A stretch of 64,000 nt of DNA from Dipteris shenzhenensis (GCA_047967505.1 CM106538.1), one strand, 5' to 3'. Counted from the first letter of the stretch, positions 26,150-40,030 are shown. Numbers and translations: made by a program. The notes: generated from the sequence alone by a model not told the origin.

Positions 26150-29100
26150 CATTATTAATTTAGTCAAGTGTGACTATAGCAAAGTACTCCATAGGAGCAC
26201 ACCAGACGCGACAAGGGTCCTAGTGGATACTTTGTGTTGTTAGTTGGGGATGCCTGACTAGCTTGTGTTTTGCCATGCTAGATGGTTGGTATTGTGGGTG
26301 ATTCCATGTTAATACTGATGTCGCTAGTGTTATTGGTGTTGTGCTTGATTATTGTGCTTTGAGTGCAGTTATGTTGGGATCGATTGATTTGGTGATTCGT
26401 TCAATCGATTATTAATAACTAATGTAATTGGCGGCTTGAGTATAGGTGATGAAACTCATAGCGAGGATTGGAGTTAGTGTGAGGGTACTGATCGAGGTGT
26501 CACATAGTGCATTATATATGGCCATGGGCCAATTTTGTATTTGCTTTATTATTACAAGTCTGAGCAATATATTTTATAGTGGACATAATTCATTTTTGGG
26601 CCTAAGAAGGCTATGTAAATTAAATCCCTCATTTTTGGATGAGAGGGACAATTTTGGTTCCTTGGTGCTTTATACTCTAGATGAGGAAGCATGAGCCACT
26701 CATCTAGGGGGGAGAGATTGTACCCAGTTTGCTGTCGTTCTCATGGTGTGATTGTGCTCTTTTTCTCTAATTGATTAAGTGGTGAATTTGCATATTAAAA
26801 ACAATACCTTTTGGTTTCAGTGGTATCAAAGCCTTGGTGATGCTCTTGTGAAGAAAGAAGGTTACCTTGTGGCTCATGGGAGAAGAAAAAAGACACCTTA
26901 GAAAGAGGACTACTAGACACATATGCAGAAAATAGAGTCCATGGGGGAGAGATAGTGCGCCCACAATGCCAGGCATGTGTTCTTGGAGCCCCATTCAAGC
27001 TCGCTCGTGTACTTATAGCCATGCAAATTTTGAAGTCATAGTCCTCAAACCTCACAACCTCATAGTGTGCAGACTTCAGAGTCTAGACGCCCATCAAAGA
27101 ATTTTGGCCCACGAGTTTTTCCTTGTATTCTAAACTCTGCAGATTGGAACCACGAATCACCGAGCAATTAATCGGAGATCAATCGAGTGCAAGGACGACT
27201 ATGAGTGACATCATCGATCACATATCTCCCACTCTAGCCTTTTCTATCTCTGATCAAAGAGCAAGATAAGTGATTTCTTTTGTTTTATATTTCATACACT
27301 TAGTATCTTCCTCCATCCATTTCTTACCATACACTCGAATCACACTTTTTCATCTGTTTAATTTCTCATACACTTAGTATCTCTATTTTTCCTCCGCTCT
27401 GCTTAATTTGTATTTATGGCATTATCATGGCGCATCAGCCACAACCACCCATGCTCCAAGAGCAGTTAGACGCACTTCAAGCACAGTTGGCCGATGAGCG
27501 TGAGCATAGGGAGAGATTGGAAAAGAAAATCAATGGTAAGAAAAGGAAGAGACATTCATCTAATGATGAGTCATCTGACGATGATTCCGATGATGATACT
27601 ATTATCAAGACAGTCTAAGCCACATTGAGAGCACAAAATTCAAGAAAGGAGAGTAAGATAAGTAGAAAAGCTTTCTCATTTCAAAATTTCGATGGAAAGA
27701 AAGAATCACGCACTGTCTTGTCTTGGATCAGTTAGCTAGATGATTATTTCTTAGGGGAGAAATTCTCTGAAAAAGATAAGATTAAATGTGCTACAAATCA
27801 TTTAGTAGAGAGTGCTGCACTTTGGTGGAACATCACTAAGCATAGTAAAAGGCGACCAAAATCTTGGAAGTCTTTTCAAAAGCTCGTCAAGAGAGATTTT
27901 CTTCCCTCACATTTCAAAGCAAAAGCTAGACAATAGTGGGATACTTTTAGGTAGTTCGATAAGGAAACGATCTCCACATATACTAATAGATTTTGGCAAA
28001 CGTTGATCCAATTACAGTCCTTAGAGAAAGTTAATGAGCGAGATCAATGAAGGAAGTATGTGGTAGGTCTAAAATCTAAGTTGAGAGCTGAGATTAACAT
28101 GTTTCATCCTCGCTCACTGAGCTTTGCAATGTCTCTTGCAATGAATTGTGAAAGGAAGAATGGGATCCCAAAAGAAGGGAAAGATTTAGAACGGCATGTA
28201 CCCTTCCATAAGAAAAAGAGATTTGATAAAAAGCCCTTCTTTAAATCTAAAAACGGTTTTGTTCCATAGAAGACATATTCTTCTTTGAAGCCGAACAGTG
28301 GAAATTTTCTGAAGAAAGAAATAAGGTGTTTCAAGTACAACAAGGTGGGACACATAGCCACTGAGTGTCCCAAAAGAAAGAAGACCCTGACAGTGGAAGT
28401 GCATGTGATTGATGATGAAGCAGCCAAGCAAGAGTGAGGTAAGTATAATTGTCATGCTCTTCTAAAGATGAAAGGTTTCATTAATGGCAGAGAGGTTATT
28501 TTGCATGACGATGGTAGTGCACACGATTTCATTTTCGAAAGAACCTTAGCAAAGCTAAACCTAGAGTCTTTCCCACCTAACTATAAGGTCAAAGCTGCTT
28601 TTACCAAAACAAAGTACAATTGCACTAGAGAAGTCAAGAATCTTGAAATCTCAATCAAACCCTACAAGGATACACGAGACTTTCTAGTGGCACCCCTACA
28701 GGGAGTGGACATCATCTTAGGAATGCCATGGAGGCATCAATATAATCCTAAGATAGATTACAATTCACATCAAATGTGGATTGAGAAGGACACACAAGAA
28801 ATATGTCTGAAAAGCTCAATGAAACCTAAGTTTCAGTCCTTTACTCAACCACACACAAGCAAAAGAGCAATTAGGAAACGTGAGAAGACATATCTGATTT
28901 TGGTGAATATGGTAACGGCTACTCAACCAAACACTAAGCCTACCCACCAAAAGTTTCTTTCTTAGTTTTCTGATTGTTTCTTAGACGATTTGCTGCCTGG
29001 ACTACCACGTTCTCGACCTGAAGATCATAGGATAGAAATCTTGAAAGAAAACAATACAATGTCTGTGCTCAACAGATAACACGATCTCGTATGCATGAGA

Positions 29101-30667
29101 GAAAAGCAGATAGTATGGAGAATCAAAAATTTGATTACTCTAAAACTGATACAATAGATGGCACTACCTCCCAGCCGTGCGCTCTTATGTGAGAAGCTTT
29201 GATGGCCTGCTAGAAATAGTAGAGGACGCAGGCTAGATGCTAAGGAATCAGGGTTGCTGTAGCCAGTGATGATGATGGGCTTCATGGGCTTGCTCTTATA
29301 TAGCCACTAGTCATAGTCGATTAGACCCAATTGGGAGATCGACCCAATTGGCCCAAAACGGCCAACTGGAGGTCGGTCCCGAAATAGGCCAACGACCATA
29401 CGTTAGAACCGTGGTGCAGAATAGAGCAACTTACCTACGGTCCTCGTTCGGCCCACCATCCGAGATCACATCTGGGGTTCCAAATGGGCCTCATAGCCTG
29501 AGAGTGGGCTGCCCTGAGAAATGCTCCGTCTACCCTCAGTGCGGTCAGTCATGGGATGCCTTCTTGCACTTGCATGTAGCCTAGTTGGCAGTGTGCCAAC
29601 TCTATCTGAAGCCGTCTAGCCATCAAGCCACATGGCCCCCATTTGGTGTCCAAACCAAGACCTATCGGATAATCGAGCTAATCAAATGCCTTCTCCTCAT
29701 ATGGGGGGCTTACAAGTAGAGTTAGTTGGTTCCTGCGTAGTTACACGCGCGTAGTTACACGGCGTAGTTACACGAGAGTGGAGCATTGATACCTAACAAA
29801 TCTTACTGGGCAATACTCCACCTTGCAAAGATCCTTATAGAGTTAATCTGCTAGAACAAAAGGAAATTCAAAAGCAAGTGGAGGAACTGATAGAGAGAGG
29901 ATTGATAAGACCCAGCAGTTCTCCTTATGGAGCACCTGTCTTATTAGTCAAAAAGAAAAACGGAACCTATCGAATGTGCATAGACTATCATGCACTAAAC
30001 AAAATCATAGTGAAGAACAAATATCCAATCCCTAGGATTGATGATCTTTTGGACAAATTGAAAGGGGCCAAGGTCTTCAATAAGATAGATCTCAAATCCA
30101 GATATCATCAAGTTCATATGGTAGAAGAGGATATATACAAGACTGCCTTTAGAACTCAAATGGGACGTTATGAGTTCCTAGTTATGCCTTTGGGATAACT
30201 AATGCTCTAGCTACTTTTAGTAGAATGATGAACCGAATATTTCTTAAACACCAAGATTGTGTGGTAGTATTCTTCGATGATATTTTGGTGTTTAGCAAAG
30301 ACATTGAGGAGCATGAGGAACATCTGAAGCTAGTCTTTTCACTCTTGAAAGAAAATCAATTGTACATAAATCCTGAATAGAGCAGTTTCTTTCAAGATCA
30401 AATAGATATTTGCGTCACATTGTATTCGCCAATGGGATTCGAGTAGATCCAAAGAAGATTGAGTGCATAGTCACATGGCCTAAACCCCGAGATATACATG
30501 AATTAAGATCATTCTTGGGATTGTGTGCTTTTATAAAAAGTCTATCAAGAATTTCGCATATATTGCACATCCATTGACATACCTTCTTAGAAAAGCTAAA
30601 CATTTCTTATGGACTGAGCGTCAAGATAAATTTTTTATAGCTTTGAAAGAAGCTCTCACACAAGCTC
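26150..30667 (+). mobile_element. Ty3/Gypsy (chromovirus-like) element: 5' LTR, PBS, gag, protease, RT; 3' truncated
   Basis: LTR ends ...TTTCA before PBS TGGTATCAAAGC (26821). gag knuckle CFKYNKVGHIATEC; protease ORF 28468-28965; [30 protein letters not shown]...[12 protein letters not shown]...KTAFRT...VFFDDILV. LTR start is approximate. Confidence 0.92.
29042..29798 (-). mobile_element. 757-bp solo LTR inserted in the Gypsy pol
   Basis: TG...CA ends and a perfect 5-bp TSD AATCT (29037-29041, 29799-29803). Removing it restores [24 protein letters not shown]-like GGCTATATAAGAG on the minus strand. Confidence 0.92.
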
Positions 30668-31465
30668 TGTGGGGGTTGTCACTGTGCCTTAACCCCGGTT
30701 ATGTACAATACTCAAACACATATATAAATGAATGAAAAAGAAGATTAGGGTGGTTCTGCACCCACCAAAACTTGTGTGGCTCTCTGTCTCTCTCTCTCGC
30801 TCTCTCTCCTTCTTCTGTTCTTGCTTCTGTTGAGAGCACTCTCAACTGGTATCAGAGCTCGAGTGATTTAGCTGAGCGTGCGTGAATGCTTGGAAGCTCA
30901 GCAGCTCTGTGGGAGGAAGGAGAAGCTTTGTGGGAAGCTTTCTGGGTGACTTTACTTGCATCCGAGTATGCAGAGACCTTGGAGGAACCTTTGGAAAAGT
31001 CATTTTGGCTTTGCGAAGTGGTTTTGAGAGCCTATTAAGAGCTTTCAAAGAAAAAGTCGTTTTTTGAGCTTTTCCCTGTTCCGTTCGATGACAGAGACTC
31101 CGTATTGACTTGTAGAGGTAACTATTGCTTGCTTTTGGTGTCCACATTACTTCAGGAGCTTGGAAACACCTTCATTCTTGAATCCGGGATCATTTCATTG
31201 GACTTCTGGCTCTCTGTGTCAGTTTCTGCGTTTTTTGCCCGGGTGATGGAACTCAAGTTTGGAGCAACCATTTGCAGATCTGTCAGTTCCGGTGGACTCA
31301 AGAGGTCCTAAAACTTCTATGTTGCTCATCATTCGCACTCCGGTGGAGTTTACAAACAGCTCTGTTTCAAAAAACATTTTTCAGTCCGTGTGTTGGACCC
31401 AGTGATTGAGACCACGGTTTCCAAAACCGTCTGTCCCATTGCGTTCCGAACGCCCAAAAACCCAT
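30668..31465 (+). mobile_element. 5' fragment of a Copia-family element: 177-bp LTR (30668-30844), PBS, leader
   Basis: TGTGGGGG...CTCA followed by TGGTATCAGAGC (tRNA-iMet PBS, 30847). The LTR is homologous to the reverse complement of 38977-39162. Confidence 0.85.
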
Positions 31466-32259
31466 TCACATATATATATATGTGTGTGTGTGTGTGTTTG
31501 AGTATTATACATAATCGGGGTTAAGGCACAATGGCCTTTAACCCCACAACCTCCCACTTAAAGGCCAATTTGCCTTTAAGGGAGAAAAATAGTGAGCATA
31601 CTATCCAATGTCCATCAATACACGACAATAATCAATCTGTTGACTAGGTAGACTCTTCGTTAGCATATCTACAAAGTTATCATCTGTATGAACCTTGACA
31701 AGCTCTATGCGCTTGTCCTCAAGTACCTCCTTGATGAAAATGGTACCTCACCTCAATGTTTTTGGTCTTTGCATGAAAGACCTAATTTCATGCTAGTTGA
31801 ATAGCACTCATGGAATCACTATGCAATGTCAGTACACCTGTATGAGTCCCCAAGTCTCCCATTAGCCGATTAAGCCATATAGCCTCCTTGCAACCCTCTA
31901 TGGCTACAACATACTGGCCTGTGTGTAAGACAAATCAGCATACTTCTGTGCACGAGACATCCACGACACTGCATCACCTACAAAGGTGAACACGTAACTA
32001 GGAGTGGATCTCTTGCTATCCACATGCCCTGCATAGTCTGAATCTATGTATATAAGTACATGCATCTCTCCTATGCCAAAGTAGATACACATCTCCTCAT
32101 GATGCACTTAACTGTCTCCCAATGCCTCTTTCCTGGATTAGCCATATATTGGCTAACAACTTCCAGTGCAAATGCAATGTTTGGTCTAGTAGCTATCATA
32201 GCATACATAAGACACCCAACTGCTGATGCATAAGTAGCCTTGGCCATCATGGCCCTCTC

Positions 32260-35190
32260 TGTTAAGAAACTGAATGAGACCGCCACTAAGCCTAGGGCTA
32301 CATGAGATTAGTGTAACAATCATGGAGGATTGAACCATACAAGAAAATCCATTACGGGAGATACAACAATGTAGGCAACACTCAATCAATCTATTCCAAT
32401 GCTTGATAAACAATACAATGATAGACCTCTTATATAGAGAGTCTCAAGGCATAAGCCTACTGTGTGGCATCCTCTGATCCACATCCAACTTGTGGTGACC
32501 AATGTCCCACATCCATTCATGTAGTCCACATCCTCTTGTGTGGCTACCATAATTCCCACAAACATACCCCTCTAGAGTACCAACACAATATCCCATCAAT
32601 TGGACATTGCACATTTCAACACCCCTCCTCAATGTACAATCATATGTGACCATCTCATCTCTCACCCCCAATGATTTGGCATTGCCAAACTCACTCTCTC
32701 AACACTCCCCCTCAATGACAAATTGGAGTGTTCAACAAATGTGTGTGCATGTGTCTAGCAACCTAGACACCTTATCATCCACTTTACACACCATGCTGTG
32801 CGGGCGGGACACCCAAGTGCTTTTTAGACACCCCATGTGTCAGGGAGAAGGAACCAACCCAAGTAGTACATCATCAATGTACACTACTCCTGCACACCAC
32901 AATCAAATATCTTTTTGCGCACTCGTGGGCTCGGGCAGAGGACCCTCATAAACATGGGTGAGAGAAAATTACATCCATTTTATGCCAATGCAAGGGCAGG
33001 GCACCCACAGTGATCTCAGTCATAGTGTATACAACATATCCATGATTTGCCATACACGCCGATGCTGTGCCAATTTTTCAAGGCATAAGAAAAAATTTCT
33101 TGTACAAAAGGGGTTTTTAAGGTGCATAAAATAAGGATAATGTGCATGTGGCTAAAATAGGTAGGGTTCCAACCCTAAGGACTTTGGCTCCATGTTTGTA
33201 ATCGTCTACCATCAAACTTTTTCCTGCTGCAGCTGCTCTCATGCCGTCATGTTGAGTTCTCCTTCAATCTGTGGTTATGCTCTTCTTCAGCGAGCCTTCT
33301 TCAGTGCCTTTCTCATAGCTTACACTTCTCTTTATTTCTTTCTTGCAAGATCTGCACGAGGAGCTCCCTCCTGCAATGTAGAAGGGCGCCTGCATTTCCC
33401 CATCCATGGCTCCTCGACAGTAGCTGGTGGGATACTATCAACAACTCTTCCTCCCTGCAAGATGGTGTCTATTTCGCTCTTTGCTCGGCTTATGCTTTGG
33501 TCGGCGCTGCTACCTTCGTTCCTCTTTTCTACAGATCGTCACTTGTTCTTGTGATGTTGAATGTCATTCAGCTGCTCTCCCTGGGCTTCTATGGCATTGA
33601 ATTCTTCAAATCGTTAAAACGATTCCCATGTTCAGAAAACAAATCAGCTCTCCATTGGCTATTTGTTTCCTTTGTCTATTGCATACATCAGACGTCTACT
33701 CTAGGTAGCAACTTGGTTGATTGACTTCAACAATACATCCGAATCAATGTCACACTATTTCTCTTTCTTCTTTTGCTATTGTTGCAAGTCTTCTTTCACA
33801 CTTCCAAGACATCGATTTGTACTGAAGGTGCTCTTCTCTTGCACAAGTGGCCCTTCACTGGCTCCTTTTGGGTCCGATTGATTGCTCCTATCTCTCAACC
33901 AATTCATTGATTCGTTCTTTGCCTGCGGAGCATCCCATGATGCCGTCATTGCTGCTTGACATTTCTTCTTGAATTTGCAAGCTGGTGCAACCTCTAAGCT
34001 TTTCTTCTTGCTGCACCATTATCTTCTTTAACAACATCTGCCCTGTTCTCTATTAATTATTTTAGTCTAGAAACAGTTTTCAGGCATGCTCGTTGCTTTG
34101 TGGCTACACCAGTCATATCCTTCTTATTGAGGCACTAATTTTATGAGCACACAAAGCTCATAAGGCCAATGTGTCCTTCACTGATCTGTCTATTGTCTTG
34201 AGTTTGCTGTCAAAGCTTCCAAACATACACCCATATGTGCACCTAAACTGTGCCTTTCAACACTACTTGCTCAACTTTCTTGAGCACAAACTAACATCTG
34301 TGTGCTTCGGATCTTAACCAACAGCAAATTGCAGTAGCATGTGATTTGAATCTTAACCAACAGCAAAATTGCAGTAGCACTCTCTAGTATTTTTTACACC
34401 AGCATCAGTAGGAGCAACGTCCTTCAACAATCTTCATCGTCCCAGCAAACAGTGTTCTTTTCTTTGTAGCAGCAATATCTCCTCACAGCAATAGGTCCTT
34501 CTTTGTAGCAGCAGTATGTCTTCCACAACATCTTCTTCTCTTCGGCAGCATCTTCCATAGCAATAGCTTGCTTCTTTTCTGCAGCAACAAGTCTTTGACT
34601 TTCTTGAGAAGTAACTGAGCAGCCACAATATCACAACAACCATCCTCTTGAGCAGCAACTTGAACTCTTTCTCGGGTAGCAGCTGGATTCTCTGTTCTTG
34701 CACAAGGTCTCACATAATCTCTCCGAAATCAAATGATAAAGAGTGTTGCCATATTTTTATCTATACAAAAGACATGAAAGAAAACACACTAATCTACCTA
34801 AGCTTGTGGACTACCAGCTCTGATACCATGTTAAGAAACTGAATGAGACCGCCCTTAAGCCTAGGGTTACATGAGATTAGTGTAACAATCATGGAGGATT
34901 GAACCATACAAGAAAATCCATTACAGGAGATACAACAATGTAAGCAACACTCAATCAATCTATTCCAATGCTTGATAAACAATACAATGATAGACCTCTT
35001 ATATAGAGAGTCTCAAGGCATAAGCCTACTGTGTGGCATCCTTTGATCCACATCCAACTTGTGGTGACCAATGTCCCACATCCATTCATGTAGTCCACAT
35101 CCTCTTGTGTGGCTACCATAATTCCCACAAACATACCCCTCTAGAGTACCAACACAATATCCCATCAATTGGACATTGTACATTTCAACA
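32260..35190 (-). mobile_element. Structurally intact non-autonomous LTR retroelement (TRIM/LARD-like) nested in the Copia RT
   Basis: 362-bp LTRs 32260-32621 and 34829-35190 (TG...CA, 7 mismatches by my count). TSD CTCTC on both sides. PBS TGGTATCAGAGC at 34817-34828 and PPT next to 32622, both on the minus strand. No recognisable pol in the 2.2-kb interior. Confidence 0.95.
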
Positions 35191-35801
35191 CTCTCCTCAC
35201 TTGATTTGGGACTATCTGCCTAACTGAATTTCACATATTGAGGCAATGGAGTACTTACATCCTCCCCCCCCTCCATATTGAAATGCTACAATACTTTTGT
35301 AACATACTCCTTTTGTGAAAGCCAAAGGAGTTTCCTACTCCGGTCACGTGTGATGTGCATACCAAGAATATGACATGTAGGTCCCAAATCCTTCATGTCA
35401 AAGGACTCATGCAACTTGGCCATTTTCATACAGATCATAAGTGTGCTTGTTGCTAGCCAATAGCATATCATCCACATAAAGTGCCAGGAGTATCAAGCTA
35501 TTGTCCTTAGCCCTTTTAGTGTAAAGGCACTGATCAATCTCACTTCTTCTGAAACTTTGGGACCAAATGAAAGCATCAAACTTCTGATATCATTCTCTAA
35601 GCGCTTGCTTAAGGCCATAGAGACTCTTTCTCAACTTGCAAACCAAATTCTCTTTGCCCTTTTCTTCAAAGCCTTCTGGCTGTACCATGTAAATTTCCTC
35701 ATGCAGATCCCCATGCAAGAAAGCTATCTTGACATCCATTTACATAAGCTCCATATCCTTTGCTTCCACAAGTCCAAGTACACATCTAAGTGTGGTCATC
35801 T

Positions 35802-37048
35802 TCACAACCGCAAGTGTGAGAGAAGATAAATAGGCGAATCGTGAGCTTAGGTACAGAAAACGAGTCACATAATTGTCCTAATATAGTTTTATTTGTACGA
35901 ATAAAATTGTATTTGTACGAATATTAATGGATGATGTGTCAATTTATGGAAAAAAATGTGACGTGGCAACGCTTTTTTGCACGAGGATTGATAATTGTGG
36001 AGAATATATCTCTCATGACTTTCAGCATTTTTGTGATACATATGGGATCAAGAGAGAGCTCACGTCCCTTCATACTCCAAAGAAAAATCCAGTTGCAGAA
36101 AAGATGAACCGCACCATTTAGGAAAGGTTGCAATGTATGCTTTCAAAGGCAAGTCTTTCTGGTGGTTTTTGGGCTGAGGCAATGAAGACTGTAGTGCATG
36201 TGATCAATAGATCACCTAGTAAGAGTTTGTATGGTGGTATTCCTGAAGAGGCATGGAGTGTTAAGAAGCCCTCTTACTCTCATTTGTGTATATTTGGGTG
36301 TGAGGAATATGCACATGTTCCAAAAGAGCTTTGAAAGAAGCTAGATCCTAAGTCTAGGAAATGCATCTTTCTAGGTTATGGTGAAAGTGGAGGAATGGGC
36401 TATCGTCTTTGGGATCTAGAAACAAAGAAGATCATACGAAGCCATGATGTGGTCTTCAATGAGAAAAAGATGCATAAGACACCCATGAGGGATGTGGAAA
36501 TGAGGAGAATCACTTTCCAGTATGTTAATCCACCTACATATGTTGATAGACAACAAGCTGTCCATGCATCAAATGTGTAGGAAATGGTGCCACCAAGAAC
36601 TCTTATAGGTACACACAATCAAAAACAAAGGATGGATCCTCTATTGGTGGAAATGATGAGCCAAATGTGGCTGATATGCAGGTGGAACAACAAGCTGAAA
36701 TGCCCTTGAGAAGATCAACTAGAATGTCAAGACCACATGATAGGTTCCAGGGCATACTATGTGATGCTTACTCGCTACGAGGAGCCTTCTTGTTACAAAG
36801 AGGCTATGATGCATGAGGATTTTCACAAGTGGGAGTATGCTATGCAACCATAGATGAGTTCACTCATGAAGAATAATACTTGGGACTTGGTTTCTTTGCC
36901 ACATGGAAAGAAAGCATTGCCATGTAAATGGGTCTACAGGATGAAGGTTATAGGTGATGATGTGCCTAAGTACAAGGCCCGTTTGGTTGCTAAAGGGTTC
37001 AACAAAGACAAGGGTGTGGAATTTGATGAGATATCTCTGCGGTTGTGA
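35802..37048 (+). other. Inverted internal segment of the Copia element (integrase C-terminal half to start of RT)
   Basis: Plus-strand DNCGEYIS...FWAEAM...KCIFLGY...KYKARLVAKGF...EFDEIS fits between the minus-strand VENH (37050) and VVKMTTLR (35805). It is bounded by the inverted 11-mers TCACAACCGCA / TGCGGTTGTGA. Confidence 0.88.
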
Positions 37049-39379
37049 TTTTCAACCAAAGCCCGCCATTTTTGAAATACCTAGAACACATCGCTCTTCT
37101 GAGCCATAGCATAAGTGCACACTTTCCTAGTTGCATCATCAATGAATGTCACATAGTATTCAACCCCGCCTAATGAACGTGTAGGCATGGGACCACAAAT
37201 GTCTGAATGCACAAAATCAAGATTTTCAAGCTCTTTCTTTCCCCTACTTTTATGGGCTGATTTAGTCTACTTCCCATAGAGACAATTCTCACAAAATTCA
37301 AAGTAAAAAAAACTCAAATGCAGTACATAACCCAAATGGCATAAGAGTCTCATTGCATTTTGGCTCATATGGCCCAACCTGATTGCCACAAAGAAGTACT
37401 TGTCTACTTGGTTATTGCAACAATATGATCAGACACTCTTGATACATGTAAGGGATACATAGTCCCACATTTGGCACCCTTGGCCAAATGCATAGAGCCC
37501 TTCTGAATTTTCCAACTCCCAAAACCAAAGGTGGTCTCAAAACCAACATCATCTAGCTAACCTACTGAAATGAGACTCTTGGTCAGCTTAGGCACATGTC
37601 TCACATTTTTCAAAACAAATGCAGATCCATTTTCAAAAGAAAACTTTATGTCACCTGCTCCCACTATGTCACATGCATAGTTATTTCCAAGATGCACACA
37701 ACCTGTCTTTCCACTATCATAAGTGGAGAACCATTCCCTATGGGGAGTAACATGGAATGAAGCACCAGAATCCAATTCTTGGAATATGCATCATCTGAAG
37801 TGGTAAGCAACTCCGCAGCCCTTGGACTCTCTTCCTTCTTATTTGCACCCCAATTTGCATTCTTTTTCTTATCCTTTTGCTCCCTTTTTAGCTTGTAGCA
37901 GTCCTTTTTCATATGGCCCTTCTTGATAAAGCAAAATCCCAAATGCTAGTGCCTATAGGAGAGAAATCACACCAAATACCAGGTGCACCCAGATATGTAT
38001 GCCACAATGGAAGATAATATCACCAAACCTTAAAGGCTCAAAGCATCAAAATGCAACTGACTCATGTGCATATACTATGCATCCATATGAGTAGATTTGG
38101 CCCAAAAGAAAAAGTCAACTTGTAATGGCAAATCCAATGCCAATAAGAGCAAAAAGGCTCAAGCATAAACATCGTCCATGAGCATAAGCATTAATAATGT
38201 CTCATCTAAGAGAGTATAGCACTATCAGTGCATCAATTGCAATGTGTCAAAGATGTCCCTCAACATAAAATAGCATATGTGTGCTGAACATCCATAAATA
38301 AAGCATCCCATAAGGCAATTTGGGCCTATCAGTGCATCCAACAAGGATTGCAATGCATCCAAATGGCCTATAAAGCATCCACTACAACCCAATGCAAACC
38401 ACGAATGAGCACACATGGCTCATACTGCAACCAGAGTGATCTGCATAAGGTATGTCCCAAAAATCATAGTCCCACGACAATGATCGCTCTTGAAAATAAG
38501 ACCTGAGATGGCCCAAAACATGGGCATCACCACATAATTGGACTCAGTATGACAATTTGCAAATATCTCTCTTCTGTTGGAACTCCAAAATTCCAATCGA
38601 TGAATGGGAAACGGGGAGTCAACCCTTGCAAAGGGCAGCACCCACGGTACCCACGAGATGATCCTAAGTAAGAATAGTCACCCACACAGAGAAAACATCT
38701 CCTTGCTTCAAAAAAACGACCTTTGCTTCCAAAAAACCACTCTAGGCTCTTGAAAACCACTTAGAGGTTTTGCAAATCACCAAGAGACTTTTACAAGATT
38801 CCAATACCACTCTTTTCAAGGTTTTGCACACTACGATGTAGATAAAGCCACCCACAAAGCTTCTCCTTTCTCCCACAGAGTTGCAGCAGTAGCAGACTTT
38901 GGGCTTCAGGCTTATACACGGGTCCAGTTAGACCACCCACAAGCATCAGATAGACCACTCGATCTTTGATATTAGTTGAGATTGCTCTCAAACGAAAGTG
39001 GAACGGAAGAGGGTGAGAGAGAGGGGGTTGCAAGAAGAGAGCCACACAAGTTTTGGTGGGTGCATAGCACCCTAATCTTCTATGTCATCCATAAATATAT
39101 ACATATGTGTTGGAGTATTGTACATAACCGGGGTTAAGGCATAGTGGCCTTTAACCCCCACAGTTCAACATATGCCTTAGACATGGACAATACGATACTT
39201 GCCCCCAACATTGTGCCCATTGCAACAATTGACATAATGTGGGTAGCCACCAAGATTCCAATGGAAGAAAGAGAGTCCAAGAAAGGCTTCATCAAGAAGA
39301 AATAGAGATGAAGAACAACCTCGGAGAAATTGGCCTACCTTTTTAGCCAAATCAATAATATTAGCTGAATTATGGAATG

Positions 39380-40030
39380 GCAAGGCATGAAGGAAATCAA
39401 TGTGGGATCATAGGAAGGGATCCAAATAAAGGATAAACTGCTTGGAAAATTCCTCAACAGATCCCAAGAACTCTTACTAGAGTATAAGGACGTATTCATA
39501 TGGGAATACACAGACTTGAAGGGTGTACCACACCAAATTTGATACAACATTAAATACCCCTTAGTGAAGCCAATTTGGTAGTAGAGGTATTAAATGAACC
39601 CCAACTATGCCAAGTTGGTAAAGGACAAAATTGACCACTGCTAAAATTAGGCTTTCATATACTAGGTTGACTGATGTGGCTAGCTACAATTGGGTTCATT
39701 TTGGCTTATCTAGATGGAAACTTGGATATCTTGATGTACTACATGAGCAAATGTTTTCAAATGAACCATTCCATGACCAAAAGGGAAGCCCCTAGGATGG
39801 TACATAGTGTTTAGAATTTTTGGAACTATCTTTTGGGCAACCCATTTGTCTTTTATATAGACTACAATCCCATCACTCTACAAACCAATCATGAAAGCCA
39901 TGATTGAGCAGAGGGGTGCTCTAGTCAAAGTTGGTGTGCTATCTACAATGCTGATTATTTCTCTCATACTGAAGGAAAAAAACCACCAAAGGGATAAACG
40001 ATGGTCTTCCTAATGTTAGCCTATTTGAGG
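39380..40030 (+). mobile_element. Gypsy (Tat/Athila-like) RT/RNase H remnant
   Basis: KEINVGS...LLEYKDVFIWEYTDLKGVP...MNPNYAKLVKDKID and NYLLGNPFVFYIDY. Confidence 0.7.

Larger units (their letters stand above)
31470..39162 (-). mobile_element. Decayed Ty1/Copia element: 5' LTR 38977-39162, knuckle/protease/integrase/RT/RNase H, PPT, partial 3' LTR 31470-31548; carries a nested element and an inversion
   Basis: Knuckle KKGHMKKDC; protease DSGASFHVTPHREWF; RT FDMKDLG and YASAVGCLMYAMIATRP; RNase H DSDYAGHVDSKRST. PPT AGTGGGAGGT beside the 3' LTR; degenerate PBS at ~38963-38974. Confidence 0.92.
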
